Source of the DNA: Octopus vulgaris
Taxonomy: Eukaryota
Assembly (NCBI GenBank): GCA_951406725.2
Contig: OX597823.1
Coordinates: 14,322,001 to 14,386,000 of the forward strand
Reading direction: 5' to 3'
Length of the DNA stretch: 64,000 bases
This document shows, in pieces, positions 37,560 through 53,299 of this stretch. The stretch's first letter is position 1. Each line of letters starts with the position of its first letter. Made by a program: the position numbers and the translations under genes. The notes under the pieces are model-generated. The model ran no database searches and was not told where the DNA came from. It worked only from the letters and a program-made list of their open reading frames with translations.

Positions 37560-38962
37560 CATATATATGCATATCCTTATGCGGCGCACGTGTGTGCGCG
37601 AGTATGTGTTTATGTGAGCCAGTGTTAGCGCATAGGTGCATTGTAATCGACTTCACCTTTATGCCGTATTGTACTATATTTACTCTGAAATATCAAAACC
37701 GACGGAATTTCCTTAACAATGAGACGGCAACATCGATTTTGAAATTTTACCAATACTAGAAGCCTACTCAACTGAGAGATATCGTACTTGAAATATCGAT
37801 CGTAAAAATTCGCTTGGTTCAACTTTTATATGGGGAAAAGGATATATAATTGAATCATATTATTAGAATGTTTTAAAATGAAATAATGAAATCTTTACTG
37901 CGAAACGGAATCTGCTGGACGGAAAGAAAAAAAAATTGAAGGAAATCAATAAAAATATATACACTTATATTACTGAAATAAATGTCACAAAAACTATAAT
38001 GTTTCCTATTAAGGAGTAAAATGTTTGTTTTGTCATCTAAACTTTTGTAAGACACAAATGTTTTAACATTTTGGCAACCAGATTAAAATGGGATGTTATT
38101 TATAGTTTTCTATCGATTTCTTTTCGGAAATATATCTTTACGTACACCCCCACCAACCTTCGACCCGTTATTGTGATTCAGGCTACGTCGTTTCGCATCC
38201 TTGGATGTAATTATATGCCAGCATCTCCGTTGCAATGTTGCTTGCAAAATTATTTCATTTTTAACGGCAGAACTCGAAATAGATAAAGCTATAAATAGTA
38301 GAAAGAATTTCTACTATAGAAACAATTGCTGAAGAAAGCTAGCTGGTTAAATCGATCCCATTGCTCAGCTGTTACTTATTTTATCGATGTCGAAAGGCTG
38401 AAAAGCAAAGTCGACTTCGGCGCAATTTGGGCTCATCTATTTTCAACATTGGTACCATAAGCCAAACCCACATTGACTTCATAAACAAGGTTGACATAAT
38501 CCGGTAGAGATATGCTAATCTTGGGACAGCAGCAGGAAAGCACGAATGCTACTCATATCAAAAAATCATCTTGACTTGACCTTCCTCTAATCACGAACAG
38601 CATTTAGCTTGTCATTTTATTTGTTGGTTTTACCATTGCCGTGGGTGTCTGCGAGCAGAAGTACATTCTTCACGCATCTAGACTTGCTTCGCAACGACTG
38701 GCCCTTCTCTTCAAGACCAAAAGATGATTCATTCTCCTCCAGTTATTGATAGTTGTCAAAGTTATTGATAGTTGGCAGGTTTTTTTTTTAAAGAAAGGTT
38801 ATCGTCTTTGTTTAAAAGCAAATGAGCGACTGTTTAGCATAAGGTAAAGAGCAGTTCAATTAAACTGGTAAATAATACATGGATTAATATTACATCTGTG
38901 GTGGTCTTAGAGGTTACTGAGGGTCGCGGGTTCGAGTCCCTCTGTGGGCGTATATTCGTTTA

Positions 38963-39620
38963 AGGCGGCGAGCTGGTAGAAACGTTAGCACACCGGGCGA
39001 AATGCGTAGCCGTATTTCGTCTGGCGTTACGTTCTGAGTTCAAATTCCGCCGAGGTCGACTTTGCCTTTCATCCTTTCGGGGTCGATAAATTAAGTACCT
39101 ATTTCTTTACTACCCACAAGGGGCTAAACACAGACAGGAGAAACAAGGACAGACAAACATATTAAGTCGATTACATCGACCCCAGTGCGCAACTGGTACT
39201 TAATTTATCGACCCCGAAAGGATGAAAGGCAAAGTCGACCTCGGCGGAATTTGAACTCAGAACGTAACGGCAGACGAAATACGCTATGCATTTCGCCCGG
39301 CGTGCTAACGATTCTGCCAGTTCGCCGCCTGGGGTCGATGTAATCGACTTAATCCCTTTGTCTGTCCTTGTTTGTCCCCTCTAAGTTTAGCCCCTTGTGG
39401 GCAATAAAGAAATAAGAAACGTTAGCACGCCGGGCGAAATGCTTAGTGGCATTTCGTCTGTCTTTGCGTTCTGAGTACAAATTCCGCCGAGGTCGACTTT
39501 GCTTTCATCCTTTCGGGGTCGATAAAATTTAGTACCAGTTGCGTACTGGGGTCGATCTAATCGACTGGCCCCCTCCTCCTCCAAAATTTCGGGCCTTCTG
39601 CCAAGAGTAGAAAAGAATAT
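38963..39620. mobile_element. SINE family A cluster (+ copy interrupted by a - copy, then a + unit)
   Basis: 38963-39098 (+), 39099-39329 (-), 39330-39620 (+). Confidence 0.85.
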
Positions 39621-40370
39621 TATGTCTGTTGTGATATGACAGAAAACAGAGATCATTTATCACAGGTCGTGGAACTGTCAAAAGAAATTTTGAAATAAAT
39701 CAAGGCCAGTAGACATTATGCAAAAAAAAAAAAAAAAAATGGCAGATCCTTCGATTGGTTATATGGAAAGCTATCAGAATGTAAAATATGAATGTTACAA
39801 TCAGTTCAATATACAGCTCACAGCAAGATTTTATGTATTATCAATAAACCACTAAATAAAATAACGATTGTTGAAACGAGTCGATAAGAAACTTATTGAT
39901 TTGATGCTATATGTAATCGATCAAGTTGCTAAAGAACACCTAGGATAATTTGAAGCTCCCTGCTTTTGGACAATTAGTGTCCTACGATATTCTGGTGCAA
40001 TTGTTAGTTGCCGGTAGATAGAAGTAACAGAATTCGATTGCAAAAACGCAAAATGGATTATTTCTCCTCTCTTCAAATCATTAATAAATAACAGGAAAAA
40101 TATCGGACAATTAAATATAGCAAAATATACAATGTAAGTCAAGTGAACGTAGGACTACCATACGTAAGTTTACATTAAAACCAAACGCTAGACATTGCAT
40201 CATGAAAGGACATACCCGCAATCTTGTAAATACTCCTCTCAAGTATGTGGTATAGTTCGTGGGGAGGGGCAAGATTTAGGACGTGAATACATAGCAGGCT
40301 GCGATACTCAGTAGTTAAATGAGCTACGGAGGAGTATTATGCACACGTCTCTTCTAATGCATATGGTAAT

Positions 40371-40693
40371 TCTTTTTTCTTTTTCGCCCTTTTCAAGCCT
40401 AGCCAGGCTCATGGGCCCGGTTTCCCGGTTTCTGCGGCATATGTGTTCCCCCCCCCCCCAGCTGGACGGGACGCCAGTACATCGCAGCGTTACTCAAGAA
40501 ACAGGAAGGGAGAGTGAGAGAAAGTTGTGGCGAAAGAGTACAACAGAGGTTGCCACCAGCCCCTGCCGGAGCGTCGTGGAGCTTTTAGGTGTTTTCGCTC
40601 AATAAACACACACCTCGCCCGGTCTGGGAATCGAAACCGTGATCCTCCGACCGTGAGTCCGCTGCCCTAACCACTGGGCCATTGCGCCTCCAC
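40371..40693 (-). mobile_element. SINE family C variant with V-domain-like tail
   Basis: Family C head with a tail like 8560-8660. 12-bp TSD GCATATGGTAAT. Confidence 0.85.
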
Positions 40694-40779
40694 GCATATG
40701 GTAATATTAGTGAAATTCTCAATACAGTGGTTAGAAAATTACTGAATAGAAAAATAACCTTTGGGCGTGGAATGGACTT

Positions 40780-41250
40780 GATAGTCGCTCACTTTATACA
40801 GGGGAACTCTTGTCAACCTTTTCAAAAACAATGGACGCTGAAATCGATATAATAGACAGCCTAGCAGATGTACGATTAAGTTCCAGGCGACAAAAAAAGA
40901 AAAGAACATCGACATGCCCAAAGTATGTTTAAGCGTTATGCATGAACTATACAAGCATACACAGGCCTGTTGCGATATCTCCAGCATCTCCTAGACGATG
41001 AACAGCGCTTGTCAGATGCGTTTCTTCATAGCTAGTATCGTTGACCGAGCTGCGGTCTAGGTGAAGCAAAAATTGAGACATGGTGTTTGGCACATGGAAA
41101 GTCTTCAAGCCCTCGGTTCTCTACCAGCTGGGAAATGCTTCTTGAAGAATTAGTGGTGGACAAAAACGATTATGTTCTTGACCAAATTCTGGCATCGATG
41201 AAAATCAAATGGCTGGTCTATTACGGTGGGCTTTTGTGTTGGGGCCCAAT
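40780..41250 (+). pseudogene. Heavily decayed RTE-like RT remnant
   Basis: Broken, weakly recognisable late-RT motifs (IVDRAAV, ILASMKIKW). Confidence 0.35.
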
Positions 41251-42064
41251 GGATAATTTCCAAAATTTCCTTGTTTCACAGTGCTTGCATCTGGCGATAA
41301 ACTGTACAGACACAGAAGTGCTCCTAGCCGGGTCCTACCGGGATGTACCCAGGGGAACGAAACCGTTTTGCAGGCATTCGTTCTCTATCATAGTGTTACC
41401 GACTTGTGGAATTATGTCGAATAGCTGATATCATGTGTAGGGGGTAATCAAGCTGAATCTATTGTGAAGGTAGTCCCTCTGCCTTCTTTTCATCAGGAAG
41501 GAGAGGTAGCTTTTAAATCTGTCTGGTGACTTAGGTGAAAGAAGCTGTGTGGTGAATAAGACTGAAATGGATGAAGACAGACATTTTCCTTCAGGGCGAT
41601 GCTTTCATCAACTTTCTCAAGTTTCACTTGAAAAGGAAAGTGAAAGTTAAAATGGAAGTGCTGCCAGCCTGCAAATTTATTCAATGATGAACGAAAGAGA
41701 CGAGCATGGCCTGTATCAACGGGCCAACTCTGAGCATGCACCTATAGACTTACGAAGGACAACTTGGGAGCGTAGAACTTGCCTTTGGAGGGAAATTGTA
41801 GGGGTTCCATAAGTTGCTTTTGGGGGTGTCTCCCCAATATTGGGTAACTTTTTCGCTTGAATTTTTGCTTTTGTCTTTCTGTTTGTGATTTCTTTTGTTT
41901 ACATGATTTTTAGTACATTTTCTTATTGTGTCGTCCTCTGTCGTCCACGATCTTTTTATGAACACTTGTGGTTGTTGTTGCTGTTTTTCTTCTTCTTCTT
42001 CTTCTTCTTCTTCTTCTTCTTCTTCTTCTTCTTCTTCTTCTTCTTCTTCTTCTTCTTCTTCTTC

Positions 42065-42136
<72 letters not shown>

Positions 42137-42192
42137 CATTTTATGTAATGTAAAAAGTGTGTCAAGATAATTTATAACAGAAAATCTTACTA

Positions 42193-42263
<71 letters not shown>

Positions 42264-42457
42264 TGTTGTCGTTGTTGTTGTTGTTATCCATTTTCCTTGC
42301 TGTTATTGTTGCTATCATTAAAATTTATGACAGGGTTGTCACATCAAAGAAAGCGCAGATGTCCTCTTAACCCCGTTCTTTGAACTTGAAAAGGCGACTG
42401 CTTTGTTCTATATCATCAGATAAAAGTTATTATACACACGCACACACACACACACAG

Positions 42458-42494
<37 letters not shown>

Positions 42495-43004
42495 CACACA
42501 TACACACACACACATATATATATATATACATACATACATACATAGGTAATGTGCCTGTGTGTATGTATATCTTTCGAGAGAACAAACGATAAATATTGAA
42601 AACCTAAAATTTTTTTTTATCTTCGTTTTAAACAAGATAAAACAAAACCGTGAATTGATATTCTGCTGTGTACAACAAGATGTATATAATTAAACAAGAC
42701 AAGTGGCCACTACACCTTCTTCAGGTAGTCAGAACATGGAAACTGCGAAATTGTAAAAATGAGATAATCTTCTTTAAAAGATAGTCTTCATGTTAGAAGT
42801 TTTGTGAATTTCTTTTTTTTTTTTGTGAGTGGGTGTATCGCATGTCCTCGTAAATTTTAGGTTAGAACCCACCACTCCTCTTTTATCACCTTTATCTACT
42901 GTAAAGCCACAGACTCAAACTTTCATCTCAATATCTCTGCCTCCCATCGTGCGCACACCATCGTAAAACATCTCCAGCGTCAGAAGCTGTGCAAAGACAA
43001 TAGA

Positions 43005-43013
43005 ATAATAATG

Positions 43014-43047
<34 letters not shown>

Positions 43048-43324
43048 TGATAATAATGATGATGGTGATGATGGTGATGATGGTGATGATGGTGATGATA
43101 ATGATGACGACAACAACAGCAACAGCAGCAAAAACAACAACCACAACCACAACAACAACAACAACCACAACCACAACAACAACCACAACAACAACAACAA
43201 CCACAACCATAACAGCAACAACAACAACAACAAACACAACAACCACAACCACAACAACAACAACAACAACCACAACAACAACCACAACAACAACCGCAAC
43301 AACAACAATCACAACAACCACCAT

Positions 43325-43365
<41 letters not shown>

Positions 43366-43415
43366 CCACAACCACAACCACAACCACAACAACAACAACA
43401 ACAACAACAACAACC

Positions 43416-43448
<33 letters not shown>

Positions 43449-43462
43449 CAACAACAACAACC

Positions 43463-43505
<43 letters not shown>

Positions 43506-43607
43506 CCACAACCACAACAACCACAACAACAACAACAACCACAACCACAACAACAACACACAACAACCACAACAACAACAACAACAACCACAACAACCAC
43601 AACAACC

Positions 43608-43674
<67 letters not shown>

Positions 43675-43703
43675 CCACAACAACAACCACAACAACCACA
43701 ACC

Positions 43704-43743
<40 letters not shown>

Positions 43744-43765
43744 CCACAACAACACAACCACAACC

Positions 43766-43841
<76 letters not shown>

Positions 43842-43942
43842 CCAGAAGAACAACTACAACAACCACAACAACCACAACAACAACCACAACGACAACAACA
43901 ACAACAACAACCACAACAACAACAACAACCGCAACAACAACC

Positions 43943-44003
<61 letters not shown>

Positions 44004-44042
44004 CCACCACCACCACAACAACAACAACAACAACAACAACAA
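43005..44042. repeat. ~1 kb (AAT)/(GAT)/(CAA/CAC)n microsatellite
   Basis: Direct inspection. The poly-T/Q/V/C ORFs are artefacts. Confidence 0.95.
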
Positions 44043-44059
44043 TCACTTTCTGATTTCTC

Positions 44060-44200
44060 AGAAAAGTGCTAAGTGAAGAATTTGTGGAGAAAATGGTGAA
44101 ACTGTATGGCATATTACCAATCAATGTACGCCACTGGCCCAGAAGGAACATGAGACGTCACGACAACAGAACAAGGATTGTCCATTGGACACTTTGCAAC
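44060..44200 (+). pseudogene. R4/Dong-like CCHC knuckle fragment
   Basis: ICGENGETVWHITNQCTPLAQK...RRHDN...IVHWTLCN, homologous to 49816-50000. Confidence 0.7.
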
Positions 44201-44395
44201 ACTCGACCAGAAGAAAATTTTAAGTGGGCTCCACCTGCATGGTCATGCGCCTTGGAATCATAATATGAGATCACCATGTCGCCCACATGCGGTTGTGATA
44301 TATGTGCTTATCAGACGGGTAGTCATGATGGGTATACTGGGTTTCGTATATTTTACCCCAGTGTTACTTTGATGGTATGCATTGCACTCTCTCTC
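44201..44395 (+). mobile_element. Family E (AAT-associated non-coding retroposon), 5'-truncated
   Basis: Matches the 3' ~200 nt of 54766-55258 and ends in (AAT)n. Confidence 0.8.
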
Positions 44396-44406
44396 GATAA
44401 TAATAA

Positions 44407-44823
44407 TACTCTTTACGCTTTACTCTTTTACGTGTTTCAGTCATTTGACTGCGGCCATGCTGGAGCACCGCCTTTAGTCGAGCAACTCGACCCCGGGACT
44501 TATTCTTTGTAAGCCCAGTACTTATTCTTTCGGTCTCTTTTGCCGAACCGCTAAGTGACGGGGACGTAAACACACCAGCATCGGTTGTCAAGCAATGCTA
44601 GGAGGACAAACACAGACACACAAACACACACGGACACACATATATATATATACATATATACGACGGGCTTCTTTCAGTTTCCGTCTACCAAATCCACTCA
44701 CAAGGCTTTGGTTGGCCCGAGGCTATAGTAGAAGACACTTGCCCAAGGTGCCACGCAGTGGGACTGAACCCGGAACCATGTGGCTGGTAAACAAGCTACT
44801 TACCACACAGCCTCTCCTGCGCC
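44407..44823 (-). mobile_element. SINE family B copy
   Basis: Full length on the minus strand. Confidence 0.9.
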
Positions 44824-44866
44824 TCCACACAGCCACTCCTCCTCCTCCTCCTCCTCCTCCTCCTCC

Positions 44867-44911
<45 letters not shown>

Positions 44912-45080
44912 TAATAATAATAATACTTTCTACTCTAGGCACAAGGCTTGAAATTTGTGGGTAGAGGGCTTGTCGATTGGATCGACCCCTGTACGCAACT
45001 GGTAGTTAATTTATTGACCCCAAACACTTGACGGAAAACACCCGGCGAGAAATGGAAGAAAATTTGAAGAAAAAAAAAAA

Positions 45081-45163
<83 letters not shown>

Positions 45164-45253
45164 GAACAATAATAATAATAATGATAATAATAATGATAAT
45201 AATAATAATAACAATAATTTTTGAACAGGGCCAGTAATTTCGCGCGCGAGAGT

Positions 45254-45318
<65 letters not shown>

Positions 45319-45464
45319 TTGATTATCTCGATTCCAGTGTTCATCTGGTACTTATTTCACTGACCTTCAAAGGGTGAAAGGCAGTCACCCTTGGCAGAAT
45401 TTGAACTCAGAATGTAAAGGTGGACGAAATACCGCTAAGCATTTTCCCCAGCGTGCTAACGATC

Positions 45465-45697
45465 CTATTTCTTTACTACCCACAAGGGGCTAAACACAGA
45501 GAGGACAAACAAGAGCAGACAAACGGATTAAGTCGATTACATCGACTCCAATGCGTAACTGGCACTTAATTTATCGATCCCGAAAGGATGAAAGGCAAAG
45601 TCGACCTCGGCGGAATTTGAACTCACAGCGTAACGACAGGCGAAATATGGCTACACATATCGCCCGGCGTGCTAACATTTCTGCCAGCTCACCGCCT
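45465..45697 (-). mobile_element. SINE family A monomer
   Basis: Full head-core-tail. Confidence 0.85.
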
Positions 45698-46204
45698 TCT
45701 ATAATAATAAGAAAAGCCATTCGTAGCTTTCGAATCTGCAGCATTACCGCCGGCGATTTTTTTTTTTTTTTTTGCCAGAAGCTGGATGTAATACAAAACA
45801 ATATGAAAATAAAACAGTTGAATGTCTTTCTCTCAACGAATGATTTCTATGGCTTTATTTTGACGTCCTTATTTGAATGCTTCAACAGAGCGCTCTACTT
45901 CCATGTTTGAAACCGGTCGTAAAATAGATGTTAACTTCATTGTAAAAATTGATTAATTCAATTTTTGATGACGTAAATTGAGTTCGTTTATTGGATATTA
46001 TTGTTTCACGCAGTCCTTTCAATGGAAAAAAAAAATCACGGAGTTTGTTTAATGCTCCATTAGAAATTGTTGGTGTTTTCGATGCAACACAAGAACATTT
46101 TGAGAACGATTCAGTGACAGCATACCGTATTTTATTGTACTCTGGTCAGACATCGACGAAATGTATTCAATGCCATCGTTCAGAAGTTTTTGGGCCTTTC
46201 ATTA

Positions 46205-46589
46205 TCTCTCTCTATATAAACGGCAGTTTGTCTGTGCGTGTTTCTGTGTGTCTGTTTGCTTGTACCCTCACCCTGACCACGGCTTTCAACCGATTCTGAT
46301 GAAACTTGACACACACATAGCCCAATGCCATAATTCAAAACTAACGCAGCGAAAATTTTGATAAGTTCCCCCAGTTCTGAAAAAAATCGATAAATTCGAC
46401 ATGGGGTCGAGAATCAGAAATACGAACCACAAACTGTCTAGGGGACGCAACTCCACCTTTTTTAAATCTCAAAAAAAAATTTACCATCATTTTTTTCCAT
46501 TTTTTTTCTATTTTTTGGCTATAACTCTCTAAAAATGCTTTATAGTTATTTCCCTTACAAACCTGAGCAACGCCGGGCGATACTGCTAG
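46205..46589 (+). mobile_element. Non-autonomous Helitron
   Basis: A|TC start, subterminal GC-rich hairpin CCTGAGCAACGCCGGG, CTAG|T end, no TSD. Confidence 0.75.
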
Positions 46590-46892
46590 TATTCTTTACA
46601 AAGTCTGTTAAGAACTGATTGACGTGGAGGTCATTAATTTGACTACTACATCTATATCGAACTGCATTTTCAGCCAGCATCAATAACTACTACTGTGCTA
46701 TGTACCTGTGATATTCAAGTAATTGAGTAAATTTAGCTGGGAATAATCATTGAACTGCAGCATTTAAAAAATGCCAACAGTACTTGAAATACGTCATCTT
46801 TTTATCTTATTTTCAATTAAATGCCCGTCTTTAATATTTAGATTTCTTTTCTGGCCAACCATTAGGAAATAATTATTTAACTTGAATAATAG

Positions 46893-47310
46893 GAGCAGGA
46901 GTGGCTGTGTGGAAAGTAGCTTGCTTACCAGCCACAAGGTTCCGGGTTCAGTCCCACTGCCTGGCACCTTGGGCAAGTGTCTTCTACTATAGCCTCGGGT
47001 CAACAAAAACCTTGTGAGTGGATTTGGTAGACGGAATCTGAAAGAAGCCCGTCGTATATATGTATATGTATATGTATATATATATATATGTGTGTGTGTT
47101 TGTGTGTCTGTGTTTGTCCCCCGGAAATCGCTTGACAACCGATGCTGGTGTATTTACGTCCCCGTAACTTAGCAGTTCGGCAAAAGAGACCGATAGAATT
47201 AGTACTGGGCTTACAAAGAATAAGTCCCGGGGTCGAGTTGCTCGACTAAAGGCGGTGCTCCAGCATGGCCGCAGTCAAATGACTGATACAAGTAAAAGAG
47301 TAAAAGAGTA
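46893..47310 (+). mobile_element. SINE family B copy
   Basis: Full length. Confidence 0.9.
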
Positions 47311-47600
47311 ATATTGAATCATATTTCATGACTTCATTGTGGAAACCATTCCATCAAGATTTTCATTCCCGATTCCAAACCTGGACAGATTATAATTTCA
47401 TTCTTTTTTTTTTTTTTGTGACTTTTGTCAAAATCGCAATCAGATCCACTCAGCAGTCTTGCTAATGCATCAGCCTTGTTGTGTTGTCTGAAACTTTATA
47501 TCAATCATGACTAAGCTACAGCCCGCGGGGTTTTCCGAATGACACGAATATGGAAAAACTACGATGAATTCACTTTTTAACTTTTAGTAATGCGGCTCAC

Positions 47601-47642
47601 CTGCACTTTGTGGAATCGAGGTCTCGATTATCGTCCAATGGT
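47601..47642 (-). other. Candidate 42-nt host exon
   Basis: The minus strand reads tttttcgctcggcttag|ACCATTGG...AAAGTGCAG|gtgagc. Length is a multiple of 3, two frames are open, and it lies in unique DNA. Confidence 0.35.
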
Positions 47643-48453
47643 CTAAGCCGAGCGAAAAATACTTCGGAATATATAAAACATAAATGATCGATTTTATATT
47701 TGATATTCAAATCAGCAGAATTATTAACATTATTCAGACTATCAGTAGTATATATTTTTGACTGTAGATCACGGCGTTATATTGATTTCAAATTTTGGCA
47801 CAAGGCCAGCAATTTCGGGAGAGGGTGTAAATAAATTACATCAATGCCAGTGTTGAACTGGTACATATTTTATCGACCCTGAAAGGACGAAAGGCAAACT
47901 CGATTTCAGCGGAATTTGAACTCAGAGCTTAAAGGACGGGCAAAATTTCGGTAAGCATTTTGCCCGACGTTCTAACGATTCTGCCAGCTCACCTCCTTGA
48001 TAACAACGATATAGTGAACGTTTTTAACCAATTTTATTCTGAAGTTTTTGGAACCCATTTCAGAAAGAAAATGACAATAGGTTCTAAATATTGTGCTGGT
48101 TTATTTCAAAATATGAATATTTAAGAGACATTTTCTTTCATTTTGGAATGCTGCTTTTTCTTTTTTTCTTTTTTTTTTATACTTCAATTAGCTTTTAAAA
48201 TCAATACAGGGGCCAAGGCTGCAGAACCTATAATTTTGTATGTATTTAAATGTAGTATCTTGTTAGTACTGAATCGATTTATTATTGATTTATGTCGAAA
48301 TATAACATATAATTTCGATTTCTTCATAAATATTTTGAATATACATTGAATTAGTTTCAGTATTTAAATCATTTGATTCGTATGTAAATAGTATCGGCAG
48401 GAATATTATCGAACCGATTGTTTTATTAAGAATTCACTTGACGATCACTCGGA

Positions 48454-48533
<80 letters not shown>

Positions 48534-48540
48534 CATCATC

Positions 48541-48599
<59 letters not shown>

Positions 48600-48609
48600 C
48601 ATCATCATC

Positions 48610-48677
<68 letters not shown>

Positions 48678-48690
48678 CATTATTATTATT

Positions 48691-49205
48691 GAGTGAGAGA
48701 GCAGTTCATGCCATCAAAGTGACACTGGGGTAAAATATACGAAGCCCAATATACCCATCATGACTACCCGTCTGATAAAGGTACACCAGGCACATGCATC
48801 ACAACCATATGTGCGCGACATGGTGATCTCATATCAAGATAAACAGCACATGACCTTGCAGGTGGGGCCCAGTTAGAATTTTCTTCAGGTTGAGTAGCCC
48901 ATCCCGCTCAAACGGTCCCTGAATAAGGGTTGTTTAAGGATGTTGAAAGAACCACCCATGTTTCCAGAGGTGAATTATTCAAACCCCAAAGAATCCCTCT
49001 CAACACATGGCTATGATGCTCCCCCACTACTTCTGCTCGTGATCAGAGATGCACATATCGTCATCCACTAAGGGACATGCTCAACTGGTTAAGGTCAAAC
49101 AACTGACAAGCAAATCTGTGGTATTGAGCAGAATATTTGCTGTAGCCCATCTTTTATACCAAGACAAAACAATGTACATGATAACACTTCCAATCAGTTA
49201 AGATC
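48691..49205 (-). mobile_element. Family E copy between (ATT)n tracts
   Basis: Shared terminus GAGTGAGAGAGCAG. Homologous to 51578-52134. Confidence 0.85.
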
Positions 49206-50967
<1,762 letters not shown>

Positions 50968-51577
50968 GATATTATCATTATTATCATCATCACCATCGTC
51001 ATCGTCATCATCATCATCATCATTATCATCATTCATAATGCGCCTACTATGATAGGGATTGTTTCTGTTTTTAGATTCCACATTCGAGTTACCTCTATTT
51101 CCAGGTCTTTCCATTTTGTAAGTTTCTCCATTTCTTTTAAAGAAACATTGTCATCTGTTGGTGTTGATACATCAATTAGTAAGAATTTTTTTCTTGATTA
51201 TCTCTGACAACTATATCCAGCATATTGGCCTTAATTTTTCTAGTTGTGTGTATTGGCATATCCCAGAGTATGGTTGCTTTTTCATTTCCTGTAACCTTTT
51301 CTGGCGTGTGCTCATACCATGTTTTTTCTGTTGTTATTCCATAGTGTTGGCACAGCTTCCATTGTATATAGGTTGTGTCTGTGAATATATTCTTTCTTAG
51401 CCAAGACTAGGCAGCCAGAGTCAATATGATTTATTGGTTCTTCTCCATCTCCACGTATTCTACAGTTACTTGCATCTTTTCATATATTTTTGGTAATTTC
51501 TAGTGGGAAGGCTTTGACCTTGTGTTGTTGTCGTCGTCGTCATCACCCTCCTCCGCCTCCTCCTCCTCATTATTATT

Positions 51578-52134
51578 GAGTGAGAGAGCAGTGCATGCCA
51601 TCAAAGTGACACTGGGATAAAATATACGAAGTTCAGTATACCATCATGACTACCCGTCTTATAAGGGTACACTAAGTACATGCATCACAACCATATGTGC
51701 GCGACATGGTGATCTCATATCAAGATAAACAGCACATGATCTTGCAGGTGGGGCTCAGTTAGAATTTTCTTCTGGTCGAGTAGCCCATCCCGCTCAAAAG
51801 GTCCTTGAATAAGGGTTGTTTAAGGATGTTGAACGAAACACCCATGTTTCCAAAGGTGAATTATTAAAACCTCAAAGAATTCTTTTCAACACATGGCTAT
51901 GATGCTCCACCACTACACCTGCCCGTGATCAGAGATGCACATATCGTCAGCCACTAAGGAACATGCTCCACTGGTTAAGGTCAAATAACTGACAAAAGGA
52001 AATCTGTGGTATTGAGCAGAATATCTGCCGTAATCCATCTTTTATACCAGACAAAAGAATGTACATGATAACACTTCCAATCAGCTAAGATCAGAAGCCA
52101 TGGCAGCCACTGCCAGGTACTGTATCAGGGCATT
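51578..52134 (-). mobile_element. Family E copy, longest (~555 bp)
   Basis: Homologous to the three other copies, with (ATT)n on both sides. Confidence 0.85.
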
Positions 52135-52179
52135 TATTATTATTATTATTGATATTATTATTATTATTATTTTTTTTCC

Positions 52180-52686
52180 TTCTTTCAAATTTGCTTCCAT
52201 TTCTTGCCGAGTGTCTTCCCGACTCCTAGGGCAAAGAAACTCATAGTATACATTGGTAGGCCATTAAACCAAACTCAATAGTTCGTTCATTTTTTTTTTT
52301 AAGTTAATTAAAATGCATGAGCAGCAACAGTTCTCACATCGACAATGCTCTTCTCAATACGTGTGATGTACCAGTTAAGACAATCTTTTGCACTTCTTGC
52401 AGGGATGGTAAGCCAGGGATCATTCTCATATAATTTTCGGTTCCCTTCTTGATCATTCCTAGTGCTCCTACGATCACTGGTATTGTAACCGCCTTGAGAT
52501 GCCACATTTTCTCAATTTCAATGAGTAGGTCTTTATATTTTCTGAGCTTGTCAAACTCTTTCGCTGAGATATTATGATCACAGGGGATGCTCATGTCGAT
52601 CAATAAGCAAACTTTATTGTTTTGGTCTTTCAATAAGCAAACTTTATTGTTTTGGTCTTTCATAAGCAAACTTTATTGTTTTGGTC

Positions 52687-52689
<3 letters not shown>
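52180..52689 (-). mobile_element. R4/Dong-like LINE 3' end (RLE C-terminus plus UTR)
   Basis: LIDMSIPCD...KLRKYKDLLIEIEKMW...IPVIVGALG...VQKIVLTGTSHVLRRAL. Confidence 0.85.
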
Positions 52690-52754
<65 letters not shown>

Positions 52755-52758
<4 letters not shown>

Positions 52759-52975
52759 TAGTTTTATTTTTATTTTTATAGCGTGCTTTCACTTCACTAC
52801 CGAGCGCAGCTCTGTGTGCCTTGGGTATGTGCTGTGATTTGTTGTGATGCTCTGATGGTTATTGTATGGAAAGTGTTCTGCGTAGGATGTGGGCAGTGCC
52901 TAGTAGTGCAATTTTCTGTATGTTATATGTGTTTGTAAGTCCTGGTGTTTTTGTTATGTATTTGTCTGAATATTT
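52755..52975 (-). mobile_element. R4/Dong-like LINE extreme 3' end
   Basis: IQKIALLGTAHILRRTL, then a UTR and (AAT)n. Confidence 0.8.
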
Positions 52976-53039
52976 AAAAAATTTTTTTTTTTTTATTATT
53001 ATTGTTATTATCATTATTATTATTATTATTATTATTATA

Positions 53040-53110
<71 letters not shown>

Positions 53111-53299
53111 CATTACTATTATTATTATTATTTTTATTATTATCATCATCATCATCATCACCATCATAATAATAATAATAATAATCATCATCATCATCAT
53201 CATCATTTAGTTAAATGTAATTGGTGTTACAGTCGGTTTAGTTATGCATTCTATTGAACCCCATAACATGAAGTCTAGGATGATAAGCTTTCCTTTCTG

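Noticed and set aside
38897-38950. tRNA-like fragment (GGTTCGAGTCCC T-arm)
   Set aside because: No anticodon arm and no pairing acceptor stem. At best a pseudogene or SINE-head remnant.
42921-42986. Minus-strand acceptor ctttgcacag followed by LLTLEMFYDGVRTMGG
   Set aside because: No convincing donor, and the pyrimidine tract derives partly from the adjacent microsatellite.
46296-46306. CTGATGAAAC hammerhead-like core in the Helitron
   Set aside because: The two core segments overlap with no stem II.
52075-52134. Superficial U2 snRNA similarity at the end of family E
   Set aside because: Only short word matches in inconsistent orientation, with no Sm site or collinearity.
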